Part shown: positions 17,466 through 28,100 of the stretch, in pieces
Numbering within the stretch: the first letter of the stretch is position 1
Layout: every line of letters starts with the position of its first letter
Virus record (IMG/VR): IMGVR_UViG_3300042502_000300
Span: 171-64,170 of that record
DNA length: 64,000 bases
Source of the DNA: a virus
Lineage: Duplodnaviria; Caudoviricetes
Reading direction: 5' to 3' (one strand)
Program-made: the position numbers and the translations under genes
The notes under the pieces: generated by a model
Told to the model about the DNA's origin: nothing
What the model saw: the letters and a program-made list of their open reading frames with translations, nothing else
The model's database searches: none

Positions 17466-19788
17466 TGACACCAACACACCATATCATGTAGACGTAAGCG
17501 AAGCAATCAAGAGAATTAGAAACGGAAAGTCAAAAGAATTAGTAGAGGCTGTCCGTAAAGAGACGGACAAAGAAGGCCGTAATGAGAAGAAGAAGAAACT
17601 TCCTGCTATTTGTTTTTCCGGTACATTCTCCAGACGAGCAGACAATGCGATACTTGAGCATAGTGGGTTGATATGCATCGACTTTGATGGATTCAGAGAC
17701 GAACAGCATTTAGAGACCAAGCGACAGGAGTTGATCGATGACGACTACAGCTACTGCGTATTCACATCACCATCAGGCGATGGGCTTAAGGTACTTGTAA
17801 GGATACCAAAAGATGCTTCCAACCATAAGAAGTACTTCAACTCTTTACAGAAGCATTACAACTGCGATGAGTTTGACGTTACAAGCAAGAACATCAGCCG
17901 TGTATGTTATGAGTCGTATGACCCTGAGATCTTCGTTAACGAGCTGTCATTCGTTTGGTCAGAGATAGAGGCCGAGGATGAGTATAAGCCTCAGGTACGT
18001 CCAATGATCAAGGTAGATGACACCAACGAGATAACAAGACGTCTGACAATTTGGTGGAGCAAGAGCTATGGCTTAGTACCTGGACAACGCAACAACAACT
18101 TGTTTGTACTAGCGGCCGCACTAAATGAGTTTGGTATTGATCAGGCAACAGCTCAGCAGGTGTTGATGAACATCGATGCCTCAGGTGAGATGCATAAGGA
18201 GATACCAACCATTGTCATGAGCGCATACCGAGACATCAGTAAGCACGCGACAAAGTTCTACGAGGATGTTGACAAGACTCAACAGATCAAGCGAGATGTT
18301 AAGATGGGTATGCCCAAGGAAGAGGTGGCTAAGATACATGGCGTTGAGGAGGTTTATGATGATGAGGAAGATGATGATGTATTTTGGACTAAGTCTAGCA
18401 AGGGTAAGGTTGAGTTGGTTCCATTCTTATTCAGGAAGTATCTTGAGAAGTATGGGTTCTACAAGTACTACCCAGTTGGATCTTCATCGTTTGTATTCGT
18501 CCGTGTGGTAGACAATACTATCAACGATGTCAACGAGGACATGATCAAGGACTTTGTACTTGACTACCTATTAACCATTGACGATATGTCGGTATACAAC
18601 TTCTTTGCATTGAATACTAAGTTTTTCACTGAGACATTCTTAAACTATGTGCCAAAGATTGACGCTAAGTTTAAAGAAGATGGTCCTGATGAGGCTTACT
18701 TATATTATAAGAACTGTGCTGTTAAGGTTACTAGAGATAACATCATTCGAATAGACTACAAGGACTTAGGAGGTCATGTATGGGACAAGCAGAAGATCGA
18801 TCGAGACTTTGCTAAGTCTGAAGATGCCATGTGTGAATTCAAGCAGTTTGTTTCAAACATATCCGGAGATGGTTCTGAGAACCTAAGGTCTATGGAATCA
18901 ACGCTTGGGTATTTGATGCACTCACATAAACCACCTAGCTATTGCCCGGCAGTTATATTAAACGATGAGGTGATCAGCGACAACCCTGAGGGTGGTACTG
19001 GTAAGGGAATCTTTGTTAAGTCCATCAGCCACATGAAGAAGCTAGTGACCATAGATGGTAAGGGATTCAGCTTTCAAAAGTCTTTCCCATACCAAAGGGT
19101 TCAGGTAGATACGCAGACACTAGTCTTTGATGACGTCTCAAGGCACTTCGACTTCGAGAGGTTGTTCTCTATCATTACTGAGGGGATAACGCTTGAGAAG
19201 AAGAATAAAGATGAGATTCATATTCCATTTGAACGATCGCCTAAGATTATTATAACAACTAACTACGCGATTAGAGGTGCTGGTAATTCATTCGAGAGAC
19301 GTAAGTGGGACCTTGAGTTTAAGCAATACTATTCAAAGTCATATACACCTGAGAGTGAGTTTAATCATATGCTATTCAGTGGTTGGGATAAGGCTGAATG
19401 GAATAGGTTTGACAACTACATGATCAAGAACATACAGCTATACTTAAACAAGGGGTTAGTTCGCAGTGAGTTTAAGAACTTGAGAACGCGTAAGTTTATC
19501 GCTGAGACATCGGCAGACTTCTGGGAGTGGTGTATGGATAGGGACAACCTAGACACCAAATCAAACGCCAAAACATTAGGTCAGTCATTATTTAATAAAT
19601 TTACTGAGCAGTATTCTGACTATGGCCAATACGGCAGATATAAGATGTCTCACAATAAATTTTACAGGTGGTTAGATTCTTATGGTGAATATGCGTTTGA
19701 TAGTAAGCCAAAGATATATCGATCGTCAAATGGTAAGATGGTTGAGTTTGTCGTTAGAGAGGTTAAGCAGAATGAATTAAATTTTTAG
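17440..19788 (+). CDS. Primase-helicase (VirE-N/BT4734-like AEP, PriCT, P-loop helicase)
   Basis: KKKLP...SG.F, HSGLICIDFD, FTSPSGDGLK, SRVCYESYDP, GQRNNNLF, GGTGKG Walker A and LVFDD Walker B. Confidence 0.9.
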   Translation: MITYFKSINDTNTPYHVDVSEAIKRIRNGKSKELVEAVRKETDKEGRNEKKKKLPAICFSGTFSRRADNAILEHSGLICIDFDGFRDEQHLETKRQELIDDDYSYCVFTSPSGDGLKVLVRIPKDASNHKKYFNSLQKHYNCDEFDVTSKNISRVCYESYDPEIFVNELSFVWSEIEAEDEYKPQVRPMIKVDDTNEITRRLTIWWSKSYGLVPGQRNNNLFVLAAALNEFGIDQATAQQVLMNIDASGEMHKEIPTIVMSAYRDISKHATKFYEDVDKTQQIKRDVKMGMPKEEVAKIHGVEEVYDDEEDDDVFWTKSSKGKVELVPFLFRKYLEKYGFYKYYPVGSSSFVFVRVVDNTINDVNEDMIKDFVLDYLLTIDDMSVYNFFALNTKFFTETFLNYVPKIDAKFKEDGPDEAYLYYKNCAVKVTRDNIIRIDYKDLGGHVWDKQKIDRDFAKSEDAMCEFKQFVSNISGDGSENLRSMESTLGYLMHSHKPPSYCPAVILNDEVISDNPEGGTGKGIFVKSISHMKKLVTIDGKGFSFQKSFPYQRVQVDTQTLVFDDVSRHFDFERLFSIITEGITLEKKNKDEIHIPFERSPKIIITTNYAIRGAGNSFERRKWDLEFKQYYSKSYTPESEFNHMLFSGWDKAEWNRFDNYMIKNIQLYLNKGLVRSEFKNLRTRKFIAETSADFWEWCMDRDNLDTKSNAKTLGQSLFNKFTEQYSDYGQYGRYKMSHNKFYRWLDSYGEYAFDSKPKIYRSSNGKMVEFVVREVKQNELNF

Positions 19789-19790
19789 GT

Positions 19791-20096
19791 ATGGACTTTA
19801 CATTAGTAGTTATTAAGAAACGCCTTGACTTGACAAATGAATTGATCAGGTTTTCAAAGGTAGGTAGTCGTCAACGTGCTGAGTATGAGGCAATGATAAA
19901 GGACTACCAGGACACGCTCGATTTTTTAAATGGAGTTACCGATAAGATGGAATACGTTCCTGAGTATTCGGCTAGACAGTTAAGGCGTCAACTACTATGG
20001 TTAAGCCCGGACGTGAATCAAGAAACAATAGATGAAGTCAATTCTAATTTAGAGAAATTAAATGCTAAGAGACTATCAAAAAGAGATAGCAACTAA
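19791..20096 (+). CDS. Hypothetical protein
   Basis: 101-aa ORF in the replication operon. Confidence 0.7.
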   Translation: MDFTLVVIKKRLDLTNELIRFSKVGSRQRAEYEAMIKDYQDTLDFLNGVTDKMEYVPEYSARQLRRQLLWLSPDVNQETIDEVNSNLEKLNAKRLSKRDSN

Positions 20097-21297
20097 GGCA
20101 AACAATATTCTTCGTAGCAAAGGCATCGTGTACTTAGCAATGGAAGTGAGGACCGGTAAGACGTTAACCTCACTAGAAGTTGCTAAGTTATATGGTGCTC
20201 AGAACGTATTGTTCTTGACTAAGAAGAAGGCCATTAGAAGCATCCAAAAGGACTATGCAGATTTTGGATATTCCTTTCAGTTAACAGTCATTAATGACGA
20301 GTCTATGCATAAGCTAGACGATGCGCACTTATATGACCTAGTGATCCACGATGAGCACCATAGGTTCGGGGCATTCCCTAAGCCTGGGCTAGCTACTAAA
20401 CTTTACAAGAAGATGTTCGGAGATAAGCCAATGATCTTCCTGTCGGGTACACCAACACCTGAGTCGTTCAGTCAGATGTACCATCAGTTTTGGGTAAGCT
20501 ACCGATCACCATTCCTGAGCTACCAAAATTTCTACCGGTGGGCTGATGACTACGTTAAGAAGTTCCAACGGACGATCAATGGATTTGCAGTGAACGACTA
20601 CTCAAGTGGTATAGAGCTGAAGATTATGTCAGCCGTTGCACCATACATGATCACCTTCACGCAGAATCAGGCTGGGTTCAGCACTGAGATTGAGGAGGAG
20701 GTTTTGTATGTCGACATGACTGAGAAGACAAAGATGATTGTGAAGAAGTTAGAGCGCGACTTGGTCGTTGAGGGGAAGGAAGAAGTTATTTTGGCTGACA
20801 CTCCGGTTAAGTTGATGCAGAAGCTACACCAATTGTGGAGTGGTACTGTGAAGTTTGAGAGTGGGAACAGCATGACGATTGATACCACTAAGGCTGAGTT
20901 CATTAAAAATAGGTGGCACGACAAAAAAATAGGCGTGTTCTACAAGTTTAAAGAAGAACTGAGCGCACTGAGTCAAGTATTTGGTCCCGATAAGTTGACA
21001 ACTGATCTAGAGAAGTTCGACAATGAGGGCTATCAGGTTATAGCCTTACAAATTGTGTCCGGTCGTGAGGGTATATCCTTAAAAAATGCTGACTATGTGG
21101 TGTTCTTTAACATTGATTTCAGCGCCACGTCGTACTGGCAAGCGAGAGACCGGATGACTACCATGGAGCGGAAGTTCAATAAAGTGTATTGGGTATTCAG
21201 TAATGGTGGCATTGAGGACAAGATTTACAAAGCTGTCAAGAGTAAAAAGAGTTATACGTTAAACATATTTAAGAAGGATTATGAAGCCAACAAGTAA
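20062..21297 (+). CDS. SF2 (SNF2-like) helicase
   Basis: LRDYQ, EVRTGKT, DEHH, LSGTP, GREGISL and QARDR motifs. Confidence 0.9.
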   Translation: MLRDYQKEIATKANNILRSKGIVYLAMEVRTGKTLTSLEVAKLYGAQNVLFLTKKKAIRSIQKDYADFGYSFQLTVINDESMHKLDDAHLYDLVIHDEHHRFGAFPKPGLATKLYKKMFGDKPMIFLSGTPTPESFSQMYHQFWVSYRSPFLSYQNFYRWADDYVKKFQRTINGFAVNDYSSGIELKIMSAVAPYMITFTQNQAGFSTEIEEEVLYVDMTEKTKMIVKKLERDLVVEGKEEVILADTPVKLMQKLHQLWSGTVKFESGNSMTIDTTKAEFIKNRWHDKKIGVFYKFKEELSALSQVFGPDKLTTDLEKFDNEGYQVIALQIVSGREGISLKNADYVVFFNIDFSATSYWQARDRMTTMERKFNKVYWVFSNGGIEDKIYKAVKSKKSYTLNIFKKDYEANK

Positions 21298-21592
21298 AGA
21301 AGTAATTAATGAGTTGTGTAAAATATTAAACGCAACACCAAAAGAAATAAAAGAAATAAAAGGATTTATTACACCAGAAGAAAAAGCAAAAGATTTAATT
21401 GATATTTATTCAAACATTCTTTCTTATACAAAAGCAGATAAACAAGAAGTTGATGAATCTGCCAAAGATTGCGCATTGATTGCAGTTTATATGGTAATCA
21501 AGTGCTGTGAAGAGTACGATGAGGCACACGAGGCCCATACCACTCAGGTTGATTATTGGAGAGAAGTTAAACGAGAAATAATGCATTTATGA
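21281..21592 (+). CDS. Phage hypothetical protein
   Basis: TPEEKAKDL...AKDCALIAV...YWREVKREI pattern. Confidence 0.75.
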   Translation: MKPTSKEVINELCKILNATPKEIKEIKGFITPEEKAKDLIDIYSNILSYTKADKQEVDESAKDCALIAVYMVIKCCEEYDEAHEAHTTQVDYWREVKREIMHL

Positions 21593-21831
21593 AGCAATGC
21601 TTTGAATGTAGGAGAATCCTATCATTGGATAGCTTCACCGAGAACAGACGACACTACACATTGAAGACTGACCTTGGAAGAAATCGTGTGTGTAAGATCT
21701 GCACGTTTGAGCGATCGGTTAAGAGCCATAGCCTTGTGCAGTACAACTTTGAGGATAAGAAATTTGATAACATTAAGTTCGATGACATCGGTCAGGTGGC
21801 AGAGTACTTTACTAAAAACAATATGATATGA
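21589..21831 (+). CDS. Zn-finger protein
   Basis: CFEC...CKIC. Confidence 0.7.
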   Translation: MKQCFECRRILSLDSFTENRRHYTLKTDLGRNRVCKICTFERSVKSHSLVQYNFEDKKFDNIKFDDIGQVAEYFTKNNMI

Positions 21832-22052
21832 AAGAAAATTCAATAGAGTGGCTATACCAACAGCTATGGGAGATGCCAAAGGATAAGTTAGCTTGGTATG
21901 CATTGAAGCAAGAAGCCAAGAGAAAGTACGAGGATGAGATGTTTGATGCCATTAAGTTTGGAGGCGCATTAGTAAGAGCCTCAGAAGATATTACAATGGA
22001 AAGAATGGCAAAAGAGTTTGAAATACTTAGAGAAAAATATAAATCAGAATAA
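21828..22052 (+). CDS. Phage hypothetical protein
   Basis: SIEWL...EAK; ends in KSE*. Confidence 0.7.
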   Translation: MKENSIEWLYQQLWEMPKDKLAWYALKQEAKRKYEDEMFDAIKFGGALVRASEDITMERMAKEFEILREKYKSE

Positions 22053-22053
22053 T

Positions 22054-22284
22054 ATGAAAGCAACAATTGAATATGACGGAGACGAAGAAATAGAAGATCT
22101 TCGCACTGCCTTAGATGGCTACAAGTGGAAGGGCGCTGTATTGGATTTAGACCTAGAACTTAGAAAGATTACTAAGTATGGGGACGTTGATCAAAGAGAA
22201 GCTACTTCAGACGAAAGAGCATTAGCTGAAATTCTTAGAATAGAATTAAGAAACATACTAGAAAACTATAACTTAAAATTATGA
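22054..22284 (+). CDS. Phage hypothetical protein
   Basis: MKATIEY...ALDGYKWK...LDLELRKITKY. Confidence 0.75.
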   Translation: MKATIEYDGDEEIEDLRTALDGYKWKGAVLDLDLELRKITKYGDVDQREATSDERALAEILRIELRNILENYNLKL

Positions 22285-22420
22285 AAGTAACAATTGAGCT
22301 AGACGATAGAGTCTACACAGCAGAAGATCCGGAAGCAGAATACTTTTGGGAGTTAGCAGAGTTATTTGTATCTACAGCTCGATCAGCTGGGTATACAGAT
22401 ACAACAATTAAAAAGCATGT

Positions 22421-22720
22421 ATGCGACCTGGAGACACTGTAATATGTATCGATGATTCGATAAAGGCCGATATGATTGAGTTCGTGTCGGCCGCTTATCC
22501 TAACTGGATAAAGAAGGGAAACAAGTATACCATAAGGAGAATTTTACTTAATGATGACATAGTTCCGGGAATTTTACTTAATGAGGTGGAAAACCCCTTA
22601 ATATTCATCCATTTGATAAATAAAGTACAAGAGCCTGCCTTTGGTATGTTTAGATTTGCTAAATTTGCTCATGACCGAGCAACAAATACAGTCGAAGCTT
22701 ATCAAGAGATTGGAGTCTGA
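22421..22720 (+). CDS. Hypothetical protein
   Basis: GDTVICIDD...G.KYTI...GILLNEV.N pattern. Confidence 0.75.
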   Translation: MRPGDTVICIDDSIKADMIEFVSAAYPNWIKKGNKYTIRRILLNDDIVPGILLNEVENPLIFIHLINKVQEPAFGMFRFAKFAHDRATNTVEAYQEIGV

Positions 22721-22928
22721 TGGCTACTATGTCATTAAGTTGTCGGTCACTAACAAGACTGGAATCCCGGACCTCATAGCAATACCAAAGAACTCAGACG
22801 TAGAATTCATAGAAGTCAAACGGCCTGGTCAAAAGCCACGGCCATTACAAGTATATAGGATAAATGAAATTAAAAGGCACGGCGTCTCAGCAAGAGTCTA
22901 CAATGGTGAGGAATTCCTTGACTATTGA
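22671..22928 (+). CDS. VRR-NUC family nuclease
   Basis: EQQIQ..., GIPDL, FIEVKRPG and PLQ motifs. Confidence 0.88.
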   Translation: MTEQQIQSKLIKRLESDGYYVIKLSVTNKTGIPDLIAIPKNSDVEFIEVKRPGQKPRPLQVYRINEIKRHGVSARVYNGEEFLDY

Positions 22929-23271
22929 AAAGAACAGGACAGTAATTAGACAACTAACAGTTGAAGGGAAATCAGTAGAATACATAGCAAAGCATATAGG
23001 TGTAGGCACACATGCGTTAAGCAGGAAGTACCTAAGCTCACTAACAGCTAACGTAGAGCTACATAGAGTGGAGATAGGACATAAAGACGAGCCTTACTAC
23101 CTTACTGAAGAAGAAATGTTAAATGAAGTTAAATATGATTATAATACTTTAAGTGATGAAGAAAAACAAATCTATAACGAACGACAAGAAGCTGGCAGCC
23201 TTGGTAGGTATTTTACCAGTGATGATGGATTTCATGGAGGACCTTCAAACTATTTATCCTGTGGTCTATAG
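22903..23271 (+). CDS. HTH-containing hypothetical protein
   Basis: GKSVEYIAKHIGV helix-turn-helix. Confidence 0.6.
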   Translation: MVRNSLTIEKNRTVIRQLTVEGKSVEYIAKHIGVGTHALSRKYLSSLTANVELHRVEIGHKDEPYYLTEEEMLNEVKYDYNTLSDEEKQIYNERQEAGSLGRYFTSDDGFHGGPSNYLSCGL

Positions 23272-23437
23272 CCGTGATATTAAGAAAGCCGGTAATGATT
23301 TTATTAAGGCGGTAGAAAAGAATAGCGACATGGTCTACAAGCGTATGAAAGGTGAGGAAGATAAAGAGTTAGAACAATTCTACCATGACATCATCAATAT
23401 GGGCAACTACTTCAGAGAATGGCTAAAGGATTTATAA
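23153..23437 (+). CDS. Hypothetical protein
   Basis: 94-aa ORF. Confidence 0.65.
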   Translation: MMKKNKSITNDKKLAALVGILPVMMDFMEDLQTIYPVVYSRDIKKAGNDFIKAVEKNSDMVYKRMKGEEDKELEQFYHDIINMGNYFREWLKDL

Positions 23438-23676
23438 GATACACAGTCATTTGGATCAGTCAGAACCTAGCTATTCCGTTCTGGTCGATCGGTCACATTC
23501 ACTTAATGACTACAGTCTATGCTGATGTGGTAGAGGTAGTTAGCTCTATCGGCATGAACGCAATTGTAGCAATTGGTTTTTACATAAGTTATAAGGAAGA
23601 TGGAAGGAGTGTATGCTATAAGTGTTCGGATAAAAGCGATGCCGATCAAGGCAGGGACCAAGCTATTAAAGATTGA
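23419..23676 (+). CDS. Small membrane protein
   Basis: WISQNLAIPFWSIGHIHL with two hydrophobic segments. Confidence 0.7.
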   Translation: MAKGFIRYTVIWISQNLAIPFWSIGHIHLMTTVYADVVEVVSSIGMNAIVAIGFYISYKEDGRSVCYKCSDKSDADQGRDQAIKD

Positions 23677-23845
23677 TAAGGTCATAGATAATATACCAAT
23701 TGCTATAGATAGTCAAGGCAAATTAATGAGCGAATACTTCATTAAGAAGGTAATTAGAAGAGATCATATAGATAAGTACAGAATTTCATACGAAGTATTA
23801 TCAAAAAAATATTTGTCAGGATTATGCCACAATGTTAAAAATTGA
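23600..23845 (+). CDS. Hypothetical protein
   Basis: 81-aa ORF. Confidence 0.55.
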   Translation: MEGVYAISVRIKAMPIKAGTKLLKIDKVIDNIPIAIDSQGKLMSEYFIKKVIRRDHIDKYRISYEVLSKKYLSGLCHNVKN

Positions 23846-23860
23846 TATATTTGTTTGTAA

Positions 23861-24022
23861 ATGAGCAGTGTAAACTATGTAAACTTGATGATGACGGAGA
23901 TCAATGATCTTACCGATTGCATCTACGAGTCTCTCATAGACGACGATACACAGGAGCTTAAATCAAACATTCAAAATCTAATCCGCGTACTTAAGGATCT
24001 CCAAAGGTCGCACGAAGACTAA
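23861..24022 (+). CDS. Small helical protein (53 aa)
   Basis: MSSVNYVNLMMTEINDLTDCIYESL...; TATATTTG upstream. Confidence 0.65.
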   Translation: MSSVNYVNLMMTEINDLTDCIYESLIDDDTQELKSNIQNLIRVLKDLQRSHED

Positions 24023-24025
24023 TGT

Positions 24026-25189
24026 ATGGCATTATATACCGAAAGGATACACGAGCTTTATGCAAGTGGTGTAACCAACAAGGCTGAGATTGGCCGGATA
24101 CTGATCAAAGAATTTAATCTTGACACTAGCGAAAACACCATGCGTGTTATGGTGTCTAGGACATTAAGCAAGAATGTTGATTGTGATGAAGGAGTCAAGG
24201 ACGCATGCGAAAATTTAGGCATAAGCCCAAGCTCAGTACCATACATGTGGCTCAAGTCAAAGGAAGCCTCCCTCTTTATTAAGAATCCTAACTACAAGGT
24301 ATCTGAGATTGACTATGACAAGATCATAGCTGATTGCATGGATGGATATGTTCCATTAATCAAGAAGTATGTTCACCCGGTAAATTCATTCGATCGTTTG
24401 ATCTGGACAGATGTCCACGTCGGAATGGATGCCAGTCGTAAAGGCTTGGCGTTATATGCTACCGATTGGAATGCTGATGTATTGAACAAGCAGATTGATG
24501 AGATGGTTTCGTTTGTTGTAGGTAATAAAAAGAGCGATTACTTGATCATTGATGAGTTAGGTGACTTCATGGATGGATGGGATGGTGAAACGACGCGTAA
24601 GGGCCACAAACTACCTCAGAATATGACCAACGAAGAAGCATTTGAAGTTGGATTGAAGGCTAAAGTATTATTAATTGACAAGCTAGCAAGTGTATATAAA
24701 CACATTACATGTAACAACATGTGCGAGGATAACCATTCAGGCGCCTTTGGCTATGTTGTTAATGCAGCATTTAAACATATTGTTGACTGCAAGCATTCAA
24801 ACGTTACGGTAATAAACCATCAACGATTTTTAAACCACTACATAATAGGTGATCATGGATTCATCATTTCGCATGGTAAAGATTCCAGGAACCTTAAGTT
24901 CGGATTCAAACCACAACTTGACCCAAGAGGCGCTGAAAAAATATCTCAATACATTAGACACAATGAAGAGCTCAGAAAATGTAAGTTCATTGAATTCAGT
25001 AAAGGAGATTCGCACCAGTGCCTGTTCGACATGTGCACTTCAGATGAATTTGACTACTTCAACTACCCGGCATTCTCGCCGAGCTCAGAGTGGGTACAAA
25101 CAAACTTCAAAAAAGGGCGGTCCGGATTTGTCTTCCAAAATGTAGACATGCACTCGGACCGCAAGATTATTACCCCTTACTTTTTTTGA
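24026..25189 (+). CDS. Calcineurin-like metallophosphoesterase with N-terminal HTH
   Basis: TDVHVG, ELGDFMDG, DNH, SHG and GDSH motifs. Confidence 0.85.
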   Translation: MALYTERIHELYASGVTNKAEIGRILIKEFNLDTSENTMRVMVSRTLSKNVDCDEGVKDACENLGISPSSVPYMWLKSKEASLFIKNPNYKVSEIDYDKIIADCMDGYVPLIKKYVHPVNSFDRLIWTDVHVGMDASRKGLALYATDWNADVLNKQIDEMVSFVVGNKKSDYLIIDELGDFMDGWDGETTRKGHKLPQNMTNEEAFEVGLKAKVLLIDKLASVYKHITCNNMCEDNHSGAFGYVVNAAFKHIVDCKHSNVTVINHQRFLNHYIIGDHGFIISHGKDSRNLKFGFKPQLDPRGAEKISQYIRHNEELRKCKFIEFSKGDSHQCLFDMCTSDEFDYFNYPAFSPSSEWVQTNFKKGRSGFVFQNVDMHSDRKIITPYFF

Positions 25190-28100
25190 TTATCTGATCA
25201 GCCTTCATTCCGTTCTGAATGTCTCTCAACATATCTTTTGTTGGCGATGGATTTATCTCTAGTAATTTGATGTACTCAGACTTTTGATCACCTCTTAGAC
25301 CCCCATTTCTTTCGACAAATTTAATCTCATCAATAGCTGTCTCAGTAGTTTTCTTTGTCTTAATAAGATCTCTTTCGAACTCATTTAAGTCACGACCTAG
25401 CTCCTTTTTAACTTCACTATAGCTCTCCTTTTGAGTTTTAGACATTGACTCAGCGTCTTTGACTATCTTGAATGACTTGTTAGCAATCTGATCAAGCTCT
25501 CTAGTACCATAAATAGTAGCCGCAAATTTCATCATAAGCGGGGCTGTTAATTTATCTCTAGACTCCTTAGATAAGAACCTTTCATTGTTATAATTATCAG
25601 TGTATTCACCACTGTTCCAAGCATTAAACAATTCTAACAATTCAACTCCTTTCTCCCACTGAATACTTAATGACCCTTTATTAGCCTCTGTATCAATATA
25701 GAAGCTTCTAGCATTCTTTTCTTCAAAGGCTTTTTTCTTTTCTTCAATCTCGTCATCCGTAAGATTGCCTTTTTGTTTCAGTTTATTAACATAATCCTCT
25801 ACTTGTTTTTGATCAGCCTTGAATAAACTACTTCCCTTCATAGTCTTATTTGCCAACATTAACGTGTAATTATCTAGCAGAGGAACAGGTGAAATAATGT
25901 CTGTAAATAACTTAGAATAAGAGCTGAGTTTTGCATTATTTAATAGCTTATTGTATAGTTCTTCTTGGTCATCGTCATCATAGCCTAATGCTGAAAGAGC
26001 TGAAGTTAATATTGCCTTAGCTATGTAGTATCTAATTGAATTATATACAGCAATCTCTCCAGCAATTGAAACAAGTGATCTAGATGAAGTTGCAATATCT
26101 TTACCTGAGAACAACGAGTTTAAGTCGTTCCACATCCTGTTCTTTTGGTTGATACCAAACGATGCGAATGGGAAGAATATACTTCTAAGTATTTTTACAG
26201 CCGAGCTCTTACTTGTGAATAATTTACCTCTTAATGCGGCATCTGTTGAATCCATGTTTCTATCTACCATTAACTGAGCATAGTCAGCTGCTTTGTCATT
26301 TACTGGCTTAGTAGTATCAACTGACTCAGTAAATCCAAGCAATCCCTGCTCAACCAATGATTTACGATAGTATGCCATCCATGCTAATTTACGAGCAATA
26401 GCATCTGGATATGCAACCATTATATTAAACAGTCGCATATTTTCCTTAGCGATAAATTTCAATACATATTGATCAGGTCTATTGTTTAAGTCAGCTTTTT
26501 CGATTGACTTATCAACTTCCCCCATTGCCACAAGTATTTCGTCTCCTCCAACGTTTGCAATTGATCTACCTGATTTAGATATAAATTCAAATACATCCTT
26601 AGAAAAATCAGTAGGTCTGATATATTCTCCAGCGTTTATAATCGTATTGGTCATACCAGATGAGAACTGATTTACAAACTGACCAATCCCAACAAGTGCA
26701 CGAGCAGCGCCAAATTGAGCCATATAGTCTGTTAGTTTATTTAAGACAGCTAGACCATCGTCAGTAACAAAATTACTTCCCTTCTTAGTTCTAACATAGT
26801 CAATCATTGCTCCCTTTATAATCTCTAGGTCTTCATTAGATCCTAAGATTTTTTCATTTTCCTCTGAGTTAAAGAACCCTTCAAATTGTCTGATAGGTCC
26901 AGCAGTATATAAGTCAACTAATGCATTTCTATACTGCCTAAACATATTGTTATCAAAGTCAAGGTCGATATGCATACCTTGTTGCAAATTTTTCGGTCTT
27001 GTTATTGGCATCAATATACCTGCCTTATTCTTATCAAATGTTTGATTTGCATAGTTAGATATACCAAAGAAATCCATTGTTGAATTATCTTGATTAGACC
27101 CAAAGGTTTTTTTAAGGTCAGTCATCTTATAAACATAAGGGGTATAGTTTATATCTTGAGTAAGTATTTGATTATACATACCAAGAGCTAAGTCACTTAA
27201 TGGATCAACTATGTCGGCAAACATATCTATAGCAAAGTTAACAGCTTCAATGTTTTCTTTCTTAGCCTTACTTAAAACCATGTCTATACTGACGTCATCT
27301 CTAAACACCCCAAGATCAGTCAATACCTTCTTATATACAACTGCTTTTTTCTGATCAACTGAATTTCCTTTGCTTAGTGTATCAACTGAGTTTCTTAAGA
27401 TAGTAATATTTCTATCAAATTCCTCTTGCTGTAATTCCTCACTAGCAACCATTGTTCTCAATAGGTTTGCAAGTGCTCCCCTTTGGAATATATTCTCGGC
27501 AGTATTAAATCCTTTTACTTTACCAAACTTAGACAAATACTCTCTTTGTTTCTTCATGGCTTGAGCTTCGGCTTTGTTTGCTCCGTTCTCAATGTCTTGT
27601 ATACCTGATGCCTTCTTATAAGCTAATAACGCCTCTTTTGTTCTGAACTTTCTTTCAAGTATTAAATTAAGTTGAGATAGTGCCTTGAACTTAATTTGAG
27701 CTAGTCCTTTAGATCTAAGTACTCTCAAAGGTTTTGCTTTACCCTTGAACTTAGTGACATTCTCTTTACCAATGTAAAGACTCATTAATTCACTAAGTCC
27801 AGCGATAGATCCATTTGTGAAGTATGTGTCTAAGGCATCCAATATTCTAATCGACTCTTTGGTCGGAATGATTGTCGGATCAATTGATGCAGCTTTTTTA
27901 ACAATATCAGGATCTGAATCCTCAACCATCTGCTCAAACTCAGCAAGCCTCTCTTCAATTTGGTCTAATACCTCAGCATTAAAATCTTCCGGAACCTTCA
28001 AGTCTTTTAGTTCAGCCTGCATAACATCAGCTGCAACATTATCGCTTGGTTTACCGGTAATTCTTTCGTATAGGCTTCTCAAGTTACCTAGCAAAATCTC

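Noticed and set aside
22540-22585. Direct repeat AATTTTACTTAATGA, two copies
   Set aside because: Short and in frame within a CDS (ILLND/ILLNE), with no further copies noticed
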